Part shown: piece by piece, positions 31,349-41,856 of the stretch
Position numbering within the stretch: the first letter of the stretch is position 1
Layout of the letters: each line of letters opens with the position of its first letter
NCBI GenBank assembly: GCA_963665115.1
Contig: OY762007.1
Coordinates: forward strand, 3,584,001 to 3,648,000
From: an uncultured Rivularia sp.
Lineage (GTDB): Bacteria; Cyanobacteriota; Cyanobacteriia; Cyanobacteriales; Nostocaceae
Length of the DNA: 64,000 nt
Direction of reading: 5' to 3'
Translations under genes and position numbers: made by a program
The notes under the pieces: generated by a model
What the model was told of the DNA's origin: nothing
Seen by the model: only the letters and a program-made list of their open reading frames with translations
The model's database searches: none

Positions 31349-31763
31349 CTGATATCTTGCATCAATGTCGTTAAGCCCTTCACAACCACCTTGTAAGCCG
31401 GAGGCTTTCTAGCCCGCACGCGACCCGGGAACGCAGAGAAATAAATTTCAAGGCTAATATACAAAGTACGTTAAAACGCACTAAAATCCTTTCCCAGTCT
31501 GATTTATCAGACTTAGTATATAAGCATGATAATTTATTCTAAGGCGATTGTGAAAGGGAGCATCCCAATTTTGCACAAAGCCCGCAGGCTATAAGCCTGG
31601 GGCTACTACTACTAAGCCCACCTGCGTGGGCTGGTAATTCTCATAGCCCACGCAGGTGGGCTTCGTTTGCGTAGCCGCACCCTTCCAGGGTGTAGGATAA
31701 AGTATTTATTCAAATTTGGGATGCTCCCTTGTGAAAGCTAATTGATAAAGGTGCAAGATATCA
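31349..31763. mobile_element. Nested MITE complex; inner element 31556-31728 with 8-bp TSD
   Basis: Outer ends CTGATATCTTGCA/TGCAAGATATCAG; inner ends GGGAGCATCCCAATTTTG/CAAATTTGGGATGCTCCC flanked by TTGTGAAA on both sides. Confidence 0.75.
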
Positions 31764-31831
31764 GATAAATAGGAATACAATCTTTTTTGTAATAATCTAT
31801 TATTGTGTAACTCATAACTATACCAAATATT

Positions 31832-32287
31832 ATGTTAGAAAATTTGCAATTCAATACTATTATTCCTGCTCTTATAGTTATTTCGAGTATTTCCCTTTTG
31901 ATCTATTTTGCTGTAAAAACTTTAAGAACTTCTAATTTATTTCAAAAAGGACTAGATTTATATCAACAAAAAGACTATGAAAATGCAGAAGCTGTTTTTC
32001 GTCAAGTAACTTCTATTAATGTAAGTAATGATGTAGTTCGCTTACTTTTAGGCGATTCTTTATTAAAACAGGGAAAAGTAGAGGAAGCTATTGAAAAGTA
32101 TAAGGAAGTTATTGAACGCGCACCTAAAAAGGCTGATGCTTATTTGCGTTTAAGTCGAATTTATATGCAGCAAGATAAGCAATCGGAAGCAATTGAATAT
32201 TTAAAACAAGCCAAAGAAGTATTACAAAAACGTCAGCCGGAAAAAGCGGAAGAAGTTGGTCAGTTGTTGGAAAAATTAAGTAAATAG
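31832..32287 (+). CDS. Membrane-anchored TPR protein
   Basis: N-terminal hydrophobic helix, then TPR-like repeats. Confidence 0.8.
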   Translation: MLENLQFNTIIPALIVISSISLLIYFAVKTLRTSNLFQKGLDLYQQKDYENAEAVFRQVTSINVSNDVVRLLLGDSLLKQGKVEEAIEKYKEVIERAPKKADAYLRLSRIYMQQDKQSEAIEYLKQAKEVLQKRQPEKAEEVGQLLEKLSK

Positions 32288-32386
32288 GGGATTGGGGAGA
32301 TAGAGAGATAAAAATAACTTTAACTTTAACTTTGACCTTTAACCTTTCTTCCCAATCTAAATCCAAAATCTAAAATCTAAAATCCT

Positions 32387-33112
32387 ATGAAAGCTAATGG
32401 TAAAGTTTATCTTGTAGGTGCTGGACCAGGAGATGTTGATTATTTAACAGTAAAGGCTTATCGCTTATTAGCTAAAGCTGAGGTGTTGATTTATGATGCT
32501 TTGGTGGACGAGGAATTACTGAAACTGGTACCGGATGATTGTCTCAATATCCATGTAGGTAAGCGCGGTGGTTTACCAAGTACGCCTCAATCGGAAATTA
32601 ATGATTTATTAGTTAAATATTGTCAGCAAGGAAAGCTTGTTATTCGGCTGAAGTCCGGAGATCCGTTTATTTTTGGTCGCTGTATTTTAGAAATCCAGGC
32701 TTTAACAAATGCTAATTGCGATTTTGAAGTTATTCCGGGAATTTCCTCGGCTTTAGCTGCACCTTTATTCGCAGGAATTCCGCTTACGGATGCGGTGATG
32801 AGTAGATGCTTTGCTGTATTGAGCGCTCATCAACCTGATATTCTTGATTGGGAAGCACTTTCGAGGTTAGATACTCTGGTGTTGCTAATGGGTGGACAAC
32901 ATCTCTGTGAAATTGTAGATCGATTAATTAGATATGGGAAAAATCAATCTACCCCAGTTGCGATTATTCGTAAAGCCGGTACCGTCAAACAACAAATATG
33001 GATTGGTACACTTTCCACAATTGTGGAACAAGTAAAGACAGTGCGTTTGTCTCCGGCAATAATTGTAATTGGAAAAGTGGTTGGGTATGCGAGTTTTTCT
33101 GAGAAAATATAA
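32387..33112 (+). CDS. cobA: Uroporphyrinogen-III C-methyltransferase
   Basis: VYLVGAGPGD, RLKSGDPFIFGR, IPGISS. Confidence 0.9.
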   Translation: MKANGKVYLVGAGPGDVDYLTVKAYRLLAKAEVLIYDALVDEELLKLVPDDCLNIHVGKRGGLPSTPQSEINDLLVKYCQQGKLVIRLKSGDPFIFGRCILEIQALTNANCDFEVIPGISSALAAPLFAGIPLTDAVMSRCFAVLSAHQPDILDWEALSRLDTLVLLMGGQHLCEIVDRLIRYGKNQSTPVAIIRKAGTVKQQIWIGTLSTIVEQVKTVRLSPAIIVIGKVVGYASFSEKI

Positions 33113-33116
33113 ATAG

Positions 33117-34008
33117 ATGCTTCCCTATTTTAGAGATGCTTTGCATTCTAAACCTATGTCATTAAATTCATCTTCCCAAGTTTCTCCAACAGTATCTCAG
33201 ACTCTACCTTTAAGTGGAAAAACTGTTCTAATTACTCGTTCGGTAGGACAGTCGAGTCAATTTACCCAAATGATTATAGCAGCAGGAGCCAATGCAATTG
33301 AAATGCCTGCATTAGAAATTTGTCCTCCTTCGAGTTGGGAGGCTTTAGATAACGCAATAGTTAATATATCCGAATTTGACTGGTTGATTCTGACTTCTAG
33401 TAACGGTATAAATTACTTTTTTGAGAGGTTAATGGCATTAGAAAAAGATGCGCGAACTTTGGCTAATCTGAAAATTGCTGTTGTGGGAGAGAAAACCGCT
33501 CAAATTCTAAAAAATCATAGTTTAAAACCAGATTTTATTCCGCCCAATTATATCGCCGATTCTTTAATAGAACATTTCCCAGAACAGCTTGATGGTAAAA
33601 AAGTTTTATTTCCTAGAGTCGAAAGTGGTGGAAGAGAAGACTTAATTAGAGAATTTAGAAATCAAGGAGCGGAAGTAACAGAAGTTGCAGCATATCAGTC
33701 TTGCTGCCCTAGTGAAATTCCTCCTTCGGCTGAATTAGCTTTGCAAAGTGGAAACATTGATGTAATTACTTTTGCTAGTTCAAAAACAGTCAAATTTTTT
33801 AATCAATTAGCAGAACAAGTATTTGCCGAATTATCACAAAACAATCAACCACCTGTAGTATCCAATTATTTAGAAGGAATTTGTATTGCTTCTATAGGGG
33901 CCTCAAACTTCTAAAGCTTGTCATAAATATTTTGGAAGAGTAGATGTTGAAGCTTCCGAATATACCTTGGAAGGGTTGACTCAAGCAATTATTGATTGGA
34001 CGGCTTGA
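33117..34008 (+). CDS. hemD: Uroporphyrinogen-III synthase, +1 frameshift at ~33900
   Basis: LSGKTVLITR, LTSSNG, TFASSKTV; removing one G restores ASIGPQTSKAC...YTLEGL ending at TGA 34008. Confidence 0.82.
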
Positions 34009-34134
34009 GGTAATGGGTAATAGGTAATGGGTAATAGGTAATGGGTAATATATGTATATATCGAGACGATTGCCGATCTTTGGTAGATAATAGATAGTTA
34101 TCAATTAATCCCTATTCCTAATTACCTATAATTC

Positions 34135-34719
34135 ATGAAACGTGTAATCGGCTTAACTGGTGGTATTGCTACGGGTAAAACAACTGTTGCAGATTATTTA
34201 GCAAATTCTTATAACTTACCGATTTTAGATGCAGATATTTATGCTAGAGAAGCGGTTGCGGTTAATTCACCGCTTCTAGAGCAAATAGTCAAACGTCACG
34301 GAGAAGAAATATTACTAACTGATGGTAGCCTTAACCGAGAAAAGTTAGGTGAGATAATTTTTAACGATGAACAAGAACGCTTGTGGATAGATAGCTTGAT
34401 TCATCCCTACGTTGGCGATCGCCTTTCTCTAGGAATCAAAGAAACATCAGCAGAAACTCTAGTTGCAGTTGTGCCTTTATTATTTGAAGCCGGGATGACA
34501 GATTTAGTAACGGAAATTTGGGTAGTAACTTGTTCTAAAAAACAGCAGTTAGAAAGATTGATTCAGCGAAATCAACTAACCCTCGAACAAGCACAAGCAA
34601 GAATCAACAGTCAGATGCCGTTAACTGAGAAAACGAAAAAAGCTGACGTTGCTTTAGATAATAATTCAAATGTAGAAAAATTATTACAACAAGTAGATAT
34701 TGCCATATTTCGACAGTGA
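34135..34719 (+). CDS. coaE: Dephospho-CoA kinase
   Basis: IGLTGGIATGKT, DADIYAR, VPLLFE. Confidence 0.95.
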   Translation: MKRVIGLTGGIATGKTTVADYLANSYNLPILDADIYAREAVAVNSPLLEQIVKRHGEEILLTDGSLNREKLGEIIFNDEQERLWIDSLIHPYVGDRLSLGIKETSAETLVAVVPLLFEAGMTDLVTEIWVVTCSKKQQLERLIQRNQLTLEQAQARINSQMPLTEKTKKADVALDNNSNVEKLLQQVDIAIFRQ

Positions 34720-34879
34720 ACAGTTATCAATTATCAATTATCAGTTATCAGTTATTAAGGTTTTTACTAACCGATCTGACTTGTTCATTGTTCATTGATA
34801 ATTGTTTTTAACCTTTTCAGTTACCAATTACCAATTATTCTACCCCCTCTACCCCCTCTTCCCCCTCTTCCCCATCTCC

Positions 34880-36277
34880 CTACCCAGCTTCTCCTCCCAC
34901 AACTACATTTTTTATCCTTAAACTTGGGCCACCGCAACCAACGGGTAAACCGTTTTGGCCGCCTTTTCCGCAACCACCAGATTCATCCCAGTAAAAGTCG
35001 TCTCCGATGGCTTCGATATCTTTTAAAGTTTGAAATACATTACCGGAAAGAGTTACGTCTTTGACGGGTTCGGCAATTTTACCGTTTCTAATCATCCATG
35101 CTTCACCAGCCCCAAAGGTGAACATTTCCCCATTAGTCATTCCACCCAACCAGTTTTTGGCGTAAACTCCTTCTTTTATCCCAGAAAATAAGTCATTTAC
35201 GGGAGTCTTACCTCTTTCTATCCAGGTGTTTGTCATTCTTACTATCGGAGCGTATTGATAACTAAGACAGCGAGAATTTCCTGTGGGAGTTTCGTTTAAT
35301 TTGCCTGCTGTTTCCCGAGAATGCAATCTTCCGACTAAAATTCCATCTTTGATTAATTGAGTGGTAGTTGCTGGGGTTCCTTCATCATCATAATAATAGC
35401 TGCCGCGATGTCCCTCTGGTGCGGCACCATCGAAAATCTGTAATTCTTCACTGCCAAACCGTCTTCCCAGAGTCATTACTTCCAAAACATCTGGGTTTTC
35501 ATAAGCCATATCTGCTTCGGAAAGATGTCCGAAAGCTTCATGTACAAATAAGCCGGTAAGAACTGGATCGATGACTACAGTATAAGTATTACCTTTGACA
35601 GAAGGTAGCGATAAAGCCTGTATAGCCCTACGTGCGGCGCTGGCAACTTGCTCGTCCAAACTGGTTAAATCTTCAAAAGCTTTGCGAGAGCCTGTGGTTT
35701 CTCTTCCGGTTTGCACGGTTTCGCCATTTCTAGCAGTTGCCGCAAAACGCATTTCCATATCCACCCAAGACTGTTCGATGAGCGTGCCTTCACTGGTAGC
35801 AATAATTACTTTCTGAGCGCTATCGCCATAGCGTACCGAGGTAGTGGTGATGCGATTATCTATACTTTTGAGTAAATCGGTGTATTTGTCGCACAAATCT
35901 TTCTTCTGACTCAAAGATATATTTCTAGGATCGGTACCCGTTAAAGGTAGTTCGCATACTGCTTGCACTGGATTTATAGGAGCTAATATAGTTTCTTCTT
36001 CTCCCACAATTCTTGCTGCTGCTATCGCTTCTTGAATGCGCTCTTCAATAGTGGCAAGATGATTAAAACTGCTTAATCCCCATCCACCCTTATAACAAGC
36101 CCTTACTTGTCCCCCAATTGAAATACATTCGCTCAGAGTTTCCACCTTATCGCCACGCAATATGATATCAGCCCCCTCAGCTTCCTCAAGGCGAATCATT
36201 AAATAATCAACTTTCTTAGAATAACGAGCGATTAAATCAGCAAGTAAATTTTGAGTATCAACAATTAAATTAGGCAT
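34880..36277 (-). CDS. tldD: TldD family metalloprotease
   Basis: HEAFGH, DDEG, RMTNT, GCGKGGQ. Confidence 0.9.
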   Translation of the reverse strand: MPNLIVDTQNLLADLIARYSKKVDYLMIRLEEAEGADIILRGDKVETLSECISIGGQVRACYKGGWGLSSFNHLATIEERIQEAIAAARIVGEEETILAPINPVQAVCELPLTGTDPRNISLSQKKDLCDKYTDLLKSIDNRITTTSVRYGDSAQKVIIATSEGTLIEQSWVDMEMRFAATARNGETVQTGRETTGSRKAFEDLTSLDEQVASAARRAIQALSLPSVKGNTYTVVIDPVLTGLFVHEAFGHLSEADMAYENPDVLEVMTLGRRFGSEELQIFDGAAPEGHRGSYYYDDEGTPATTTQLIKDGILVGRLHSRETAGKLNETPTGNSRCLSYQYAPIVRMTNTWIERGKTPVNDLFSGIKEGVYAKNWLGGMTNGEMFTFGAGEAWMIRNGKIAEPVKDVTLSGNVFQTLKDIEAIGDDFYWDESGGCGKGGQNGLPVGCGGPSLRIKNVVVGGEAG

Positions 36278-36501
36278 TTTCTGGGAATTTTTAAGTCACT
36301 TATCTCTTCTAACACGAGATGGGGGTGAAGAGATGGGGAGAGGGGGGATGGGGAGACAAGGGGACAAGGAGAGAGTTAGGAGTTATATGATTTTAACTTT
36401 TAACTTTTAACCTTTAACCTGTGACCTTTAACCTTTGACCTATAATATCTAAATCTTAGAAAATGAAAATTAATTTTTTCGGGCAAATGAGGTAGTGACA
36501 A

Positions 36502-38133
36502 TTGCAAGAAACTATATCTATTCCTAATTCAAAGTCGTATTTATCGAAATTATTTACTTTTCTTAAACCTGTTCTCCCCGTTGCTGGGGTATTTTTTGTT
36601 ATATGTCTTGTACTGATATTGAATCGATATTTTAGCTTTTACGCATCTTTCGATCAAGGTATTTTCAATCAGGTTTTTTGGAATAATATCCACGGACGAT
36701 TTTTTCAAAGTTCTCTCTCTTCAAGTCTTTCCACTAATGTTGTTCACGCAAATGAAGTTCCTACGGTTTATTATCATCGGTTAGGTCAGCACTTTACTCC
36801 GGCGCTGTTACTTTGGGCACCTATATATGCATTGTTCCCGAATGCGGCGACTTTGGCGGTGTTGCTGGTAACGCTGATAACTGCTGGCGGTTTGATGCTT
36901 TATGTACTAGCACGTCAATATTTGGAACCTCCATTAGCAGTGGCGATCGCCGGTAGCTATTATGCAGCAAATGCTGTAATTGGGCCAACGTTATGTAATT
37001 TTCACGATATCAGTCAAATTCCGCTGTTTATTTTTACTTTGCTTTTGGCAATGGAGAAACGCTGGTGGTGGCTATTTTGGCTGATGGCTGGATTAATCGT
37101 TTTGGTACGAGAAGATGGGGGAGTTAGTTTATTTGGCGTTGGGGTTTACATGGTGTTGAGCAAACGCTTTCCTCGCAATGGATTAGCTGTTTGTATTTTC
37201 AGCTTTGGGTATATGCTGCTGCTAACAAACTTAATTATGCCGCTGTTTTCCGACGATATTTCTAAGCGGTTTATGTTAGAAAGATTTGGACAATATGTTG
37301 ATGGGGATGAAGCTACAACTTTAGATGTTATTTGGGGAATAGTCAGCAATCCGGTTCGATTGGTGGTAGAACTAGTTACCCCGGTAGATAGAACAACTCG
37401 GTATTTACTCGGTCAGTTCTTACCTTTTGCATTTATACCTGCAATTGCCCCTGCTTCTTGGAGTATCGCTGGATTTCCTTTATTAAAACTGCTTTTAGGT
37501 AAAGGAGAGTCAGTATTAGCAATTACCATTCGTTACGCATTAAGTGTAGTGCCGGGATTATGTTACGGTGCAATACTGTGGTGGGCAAAACATAAACAAG
37601 CATTTAAACCATCATTTCGTCGCTTTTGGATATTTTGTATTACTCTATCTTTAATATTTAGCTTTACATCAAATCCAAATCGCACCTTTTACTTTGCCAT
37701 CCCCGATTCAGTCGAACCTTGGGTACACGTTTCCTTACCGACACAATGGAATCACGTTAACAAAGGAATTCGTCCTTTATTAGCACAAATCCCTTCAGAT
37801 GCTAGCGTATCTGCAACCACTTATCTCGTACCTCACCTTTCAAATCGTCGGCAAATTCTTCGTTTACCGATGTTGGAATTGCGAAACGACAACCGCGAAG
37901 TCGTGAAAATGGATTATGCAATTGCTGACTTATGGCAATTACAAAAATATGCACCAGCATTTAGAGGTGATAGGGGTTTATTAAAACAGTTAATACAATT
38001 CGTAGATACAGTCACCAACGATGGAGAATACGGAATTATTGGTTTTGAAGATGGTGTGATTTTGTTGAAAAAAGATGCAGTTTCGGATAACAAAGCGGTT
38101 GAAGAGTGGGTGAAGTTTAGGGAGCAGGTTTAG
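36502..38133 (+). CDS. DUF2079 multi-TM protein (GT-C-like)
   Basis: FDQGIFNQ, LGQHFTP, NFHD, REDG; TTG start uncertain. Confidence 0.8.
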   Translation: MQETISIPNSKSYLSKLFTFLKPVLPVAGVFFVICLVLILNRYFSFYASFDQGIFNQVFWNNIHGRFFQSSLSSSLSTNVVHANEVPTVYYHRLGQHFTPALLLWAPIYALFPNAATLAVLLVTLITAGGLMLYVLARQYLEPPLAVAIAGSYYAANAVIGPTLCNFHDISQIPLFIFTLLLAMEKRWWWLFWLMAGLIVLVREDGGVSLFGVGVYMVLSKRFPRNGLAVCIFSFGYMLLLTNLIMPLFSDDISKRFMLERFGQYVDGDEATTLDVIWGIVSNPVRLVVELVTPVDRTTRYLLGQFLPFAFIPAIAPASWSIAGFPLLKLLLGKGESVLAITIRYALSVVPGLCYGAILWWAKHKQAFKPSFRRFWIFCITLSLIFSFTSNPNRTFYFAIPDSVEPWVHVSLPTQWNHVNKGIRPLLAQIPSDASVSATTYLVPHLSNRRQILRLPMLELRNDNREVVKMDYAIADLWQLQKYAPAFRGDRGLLKQLIQFVDTVTNDGEYGIIGFEDGVILLKKDAVSDNKAVEEWVKFREQV

Positions 38134-38382
38134 TCGAGAGGGGGGAGAGGGGGGAGATGGGGAAGAGGGGGAAGATGGGGAGAAAATTACCAATTACCAA
38201 TTACCAATTACCAATCCCCCATGCCCAATGCCCAATGCCCAATGCCCAATCCTTTCTGTCACCAAATTGTTACAATCAGCCAAAATTGAGTATTTATACT
38301 CCCGTCAAAATTGGCGATCGCACCTTTAATTATTTTAATCAGTCAAATAATTAAACTATTCGTAACGGCTTGGGATAAATAT

Positions 38383-39573
38383 ATGAAAATATTAGTATTA
38401 AGTTGGGAATTTCCACCTCGTATTGTTGGGGGAATTGCCCGTCATGTAGGGGAATTATATCCGGAATTAGTAAAGTTAGGGCATTCGGTTTACTTAATAA
38501 CGCCCGAATTTGGTGAAGCACCACTTTATGAGGAAGTTGAAGGAATCAAAATACATCGGGTACCTGTAGCTGATAGTAATGACTTTTTTCACTGGATTGT
38601 CAATATGAATCAAAGCATGGGGCGACAAGGTGGTAAATTGATGTTAGAAGAAGGGCCTTTCGATTTAATTCACGCTCATGATTGGTTGGTTGGAGATGCC
38701 GCAATCGCACTTAAGCATACTTTCAAAGTTCCTCTAATTGCTACCATCCACGCTACCGAATCGGGACGAAACAACGGTATTTACAACAATAATCAAAAGT
38801 ATATCCATCGTAAAGAAAACAAACTTACTTTTGAAGCTTGGCGAGTTATCGTCTGTACAAATTATATGCGTCGGGAAATAGAGCGATCGCTACACAGCCC
38901 TTGGGATAAAATTGATGTAATTTATAACGGTATCCGTGCCGAAAAGAAACAGCACGATAATCAGTTTTATACAGAAGATTTTCGCCGTAATTTTGCGGAA
39001 GATGACGAAAAAATAGTTTATTATGTTGGTCGGATGACCTATGAAAAAGGTATATCTGTATTATTAAATGCCGCTCCTCAAGTACTTGCGGAAATGAAAG
39101 GTAAAGTTAAATTTGTGATTATTGGTGGTGGCAATACCAGCCAGTTGAAAAAGCAAGCTTGGGATTTAGGAATTTGGCATAAATGCTATTTTACCGGCTT
39201 CATGGCTGACGAATACTTAGATAAATTTCAAACAATCGCCGACTGTGCAGTTTTTCCCAGCCTTTACGAACCCTTTGGTATAGTTGCATTAGAAAGTTTC
39301 GCTGCTAAAGTTCCAGTAGTAGTTTCCAATACTGGCGGTTTACCAGAAGTGGTTCAACATACGAAAACAGGAGTGATTACTCACATTAATAATCCAGATT
39401 CTTTAGCCTGGGGAATTTTAGAAGTATTGAAAAATCCCGGTTATTGTCAGTGGTTGAAAGATAACGCTTACGAAGATTTAGAAAAGCGGTTTAATTGGGC
39501 GAAAATTGGCAAGCAAACCGAAAGAGTTTATCAGCAGGTTGTTAAAGAGAGGAAGCAGGTTAGTTGGGAATAG
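38383..39573 (+). CDS. Family 4 glycosyltransferase
   Basis: WEFPPRIVGG, HAHDW, PSLYEPFGIVALE. Confidence 0.92.
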   Translation: MKILVLSWEFPPRIVGGIARHVGELYPELVKLGHSVYLITPEFGEAPLYEEVEGIKIHRVPVADSNDFFHWIVNMNQSMGRQGGKLMLEEGPFDLIHAHDWLVGDAAIALKHTFKVPLIATIHATESGRNNGIYNNNQKYIHRKENKLTFEAWRVIVCTNYMRREIERSLHSPWDKIDVIYNGIRAEKKQHDNQFYTEDFRRNFAEDDEKIVYYVGRMTYEKGISVLLNAAPQVLAEMKGKVKFVIIGGGNTSQLKKQAWDLGIWHKCYFTGFMADEYLDKFQTIADCAVFPSLYEPFGIVALESFAAKVPVVVSNTGGLPEVVQHTKTGVITHINNPDSLAWGILEVLKNPGYCQWLKDNAYEDLEKRFNWAKIGKQTERVYQQVVKERKQVSWE

Positions 39574-39620
39574 GGGATTGGGGATTGGGGATTGGGAATT
39601 GGGAATTGGGCATTGGGCAT

Positions 39621-39733
39621 GGGAGCATCCCGAATATTTAAACTTGTAGTGCGAGCATCTTGCTCGCTGTATATATCGTAGTGCGAGCAAGATGCTCGCA
39701 CTACGATATATTTTTTTTAAATTGCGATACTCC
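39621..39733. mobile_element. MITE with GGGAGCATCCC-type ends carrying a GTAGTGCGAGCATCTTGCTCGC palindrome
   Basis: Left end matches 31556; right end degenerate. Confidence 0.5.
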
Positions 39734-39908
39734 TACTAAAGATGATTTAATAACTCCTAACTCTCTATTTCTAATTCCTAACTCCTAATTCCTAACTCCC
39801 AATCGCCTTTACCGCGCTAACATTATGTTGATAGAGAAAAAATATTTTAAATTGCTCACTGCTCACTGCTCACTGATAACTGTTCATTGATAATTGATAA
39901 TTGATATT

Positions 39909-40280
39909 ATGTCTGATGCAAAAAATGTACTTGGAGAACAACTTCAGGTTTGCTGTACTTCTCCGATGACGGGATATTACCGCAATGGTGTATGCGATAC
40001 GGGTGCTGGTGATTTCGGGGCACATACTGTTTGTGCAGAGATGACGGAAGAATTTCTCACCTATACCAAGTCTATGGGAAATGATTTGAGTACGCCAAGA
40101 CCAATGTATGAGTTTCCGGGTTTAAAACCTGGGGATAAATGGTGTTTGTGTGCTTCTCGTTGGAAGGAAGCTATGGATGATGGAGTTGCACCGAAGGTGG
40201 TTTTATCGGCTACTCATGCATCTACGTTAGAGTATGCTTCTTTGGATGAATTGAAGCAGCACGCTGCGGATGTAGATTAG
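39909..40280 (+). CDS. DUF2237 family protein
   Basis: NVLG..L..C, PMTGYYRNG.C, GNDLSTP, WCLCASRW. Confidence 0.9.
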   Translation: MSDAKNVLGEQLQVCCTSPMTGYYRNGVCDTGAGDFGAHTVCAEMTEEFLTYTKSMGNDLSTPRPMYEFPGLKPGDKWCLCASRWKEAMDDGVAPKVVLSATHASTLEYASLDELKQHAADVD

Positions 40281-40431
40281 TTTGTAGTTGCGCTTTAGCG
40301 CCAAATCCGGATTAAGAAGCGCTAAAGCGCAACTACGAACAAAGAATCTTTATTCAACAAAATTTTTAATTTCTAATTTTAACCATCTGTATTCTTCCGC
40401 AGTTAGTGGAAGACGTAGCAGTGCTACGTCT

Positions 40432-41769
40432 CTACATGATTAATTTTTTATTTACAAAACGATTAATTTCTGTTTTTAACCATGTACGTTCTGTTGAAGT
40501 TAAATTAAATGTAAGTGACATCCATGTATTTATAAATGGTTCTGTATGTATTGCTATTTTATGACGTTGATAGCACCAAGATAATAACCACTTTTCACAG
40601 TGAAAATAATATCGATTGTCATATTTATAAATATCAAGTGTAATACGCGATAAAGGGTGAAGCAAAAAGTTTTTAGATATTATGAATTTAAAGCTTAAAT
40701 GTCCCAGGATAAAAAATGTAATTATGAAAATCCAGTTATCAGTAATAAGGTTTATTATAGGGATATTTGAAATTGTCACTAGAAATGTTGATAATAATAA
40801 TCCATGAACTAGCAAGATAAACATTACTATAAAAAGCATAAAATTATTACGAAACTTACCTGGTGGAATTTCTATCTGTAATTCATTTTCACTTTTTCGC
40901 AGGCTGATAGGAGTTTCTTTTGGTTTATATGGTTTGTTGAGAGGATAATTATCAACCGATTTTTTTCCTTGGAGTACAGAATATGCAACGTTAGCATCAG
41001 GAAATCTTCTTTTTGCATCAGGTTCAAGTATTTTATCTAACCAGTTTGCAAAGTTTCGAGATACTTTAATTTGCTTCCTAAAATCTATTTTTAAATGCTT
41101 TTGCGGTAAGTCAGCAGGATGTTTTTTGGTTAGTAAATATAATAAAGTTGTTCCTAAACCATATAAATCTGTAGCTGGTAAAGCTTTAGAGCGAAATTGT
41201 TCGGGAGCCATATAGCCGAATGTTCCAACTACAGTACTTCCAGCGGTAATAGTATTGTGATAAGTATCGGTAACAGCGCCAAAGTCTACTAAGAAAACTT
41301 TGCCATTTCGATCGCGAATTATGTTTTCTGGTTTGATATCCCTATGAATAATAGGTGGTGAAAATGATTGTAAATAAATTAAAATACCTAAAATCTGAAT
41401 TGCTATAGTTTTAACTTCTTCTTCATCAGGATTCCAACCGTTTTCTATGAGTTTTTCCAGAGATTTACCCGGTGCTAGCTGTTGAGCAATATAAAAAGAA
41501 TTATCTGTATCTGTTTCTACTTGAAAATAGTTTAAATAGCGCGGAATTGCTGGGTGATTTAACTGAGAGAGAATTTGACTTTCTCTTTCAAATAATTCTA
41601 TTTTTTTCCAATCATTCATCCGACGCAGCGATAAAACTTTTAAAGCTAAATTTTGGTTAGTTTCTAAATCTTCAGATAAATAAGTAATTCCGATTCCACC
41701 TTGCCCTAAAGTATCTAAAATACGATACTTATGATTGACAATATCTCCTATTTTATGTATTAATTTCAT
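40432..41769 (-). CDS. Ser/Thr protein kinase with C-terminal TM helices
   Basis: LGQGGIG, HRDIKPEN, DFG, YMAPE. Confidence 0.92.
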   Translation of the reverse strand: MKLIHKIGDIVNHKYRILDTLGQGGIGITYLSEDLETNQNLALKVLSLRRMNDWKKIELFERESQILSQLNHPAIPRYLNYFQVETDTDNSFYIAQQLAPGKSLEKLIENGWNPDEEEVKTIAIQILGILIYLQSFSPPIIHRDIKPENIIRDRNGKVFLVDFGAVTDTYHNTITAGSTVVGTFGYMAPEQFRSKALPATDLYGLGTTLLYLLTKKHPADLPQKHLKIDFRKQIKVSRNFANWLDKILEPDAKRRFPDANVAYSVLQGKKSVDNYPLNKPYKPKETPISLRKSENELQIEIPPGKFRNNFMLFIVMFILLVHGLLLSTFLVTISNIPIINLITDNWIFIITFFILGHLSFKFIISKNFLLHPLSRITLDIYKYDNRYYFHCEKWLLSWCYQRHKIAIHTEPFINTWMSLTFNLTSTERTWLKTEINRFVNKKLIM

Positions 41770-41856
41770 TTGATATCTTTGATAAATTATGAGCTATAGC
41801 TATATTTGGTACGTGCTTAGTATTGGTAAAAAAACTTTATTGTTACTGATGTTAAA

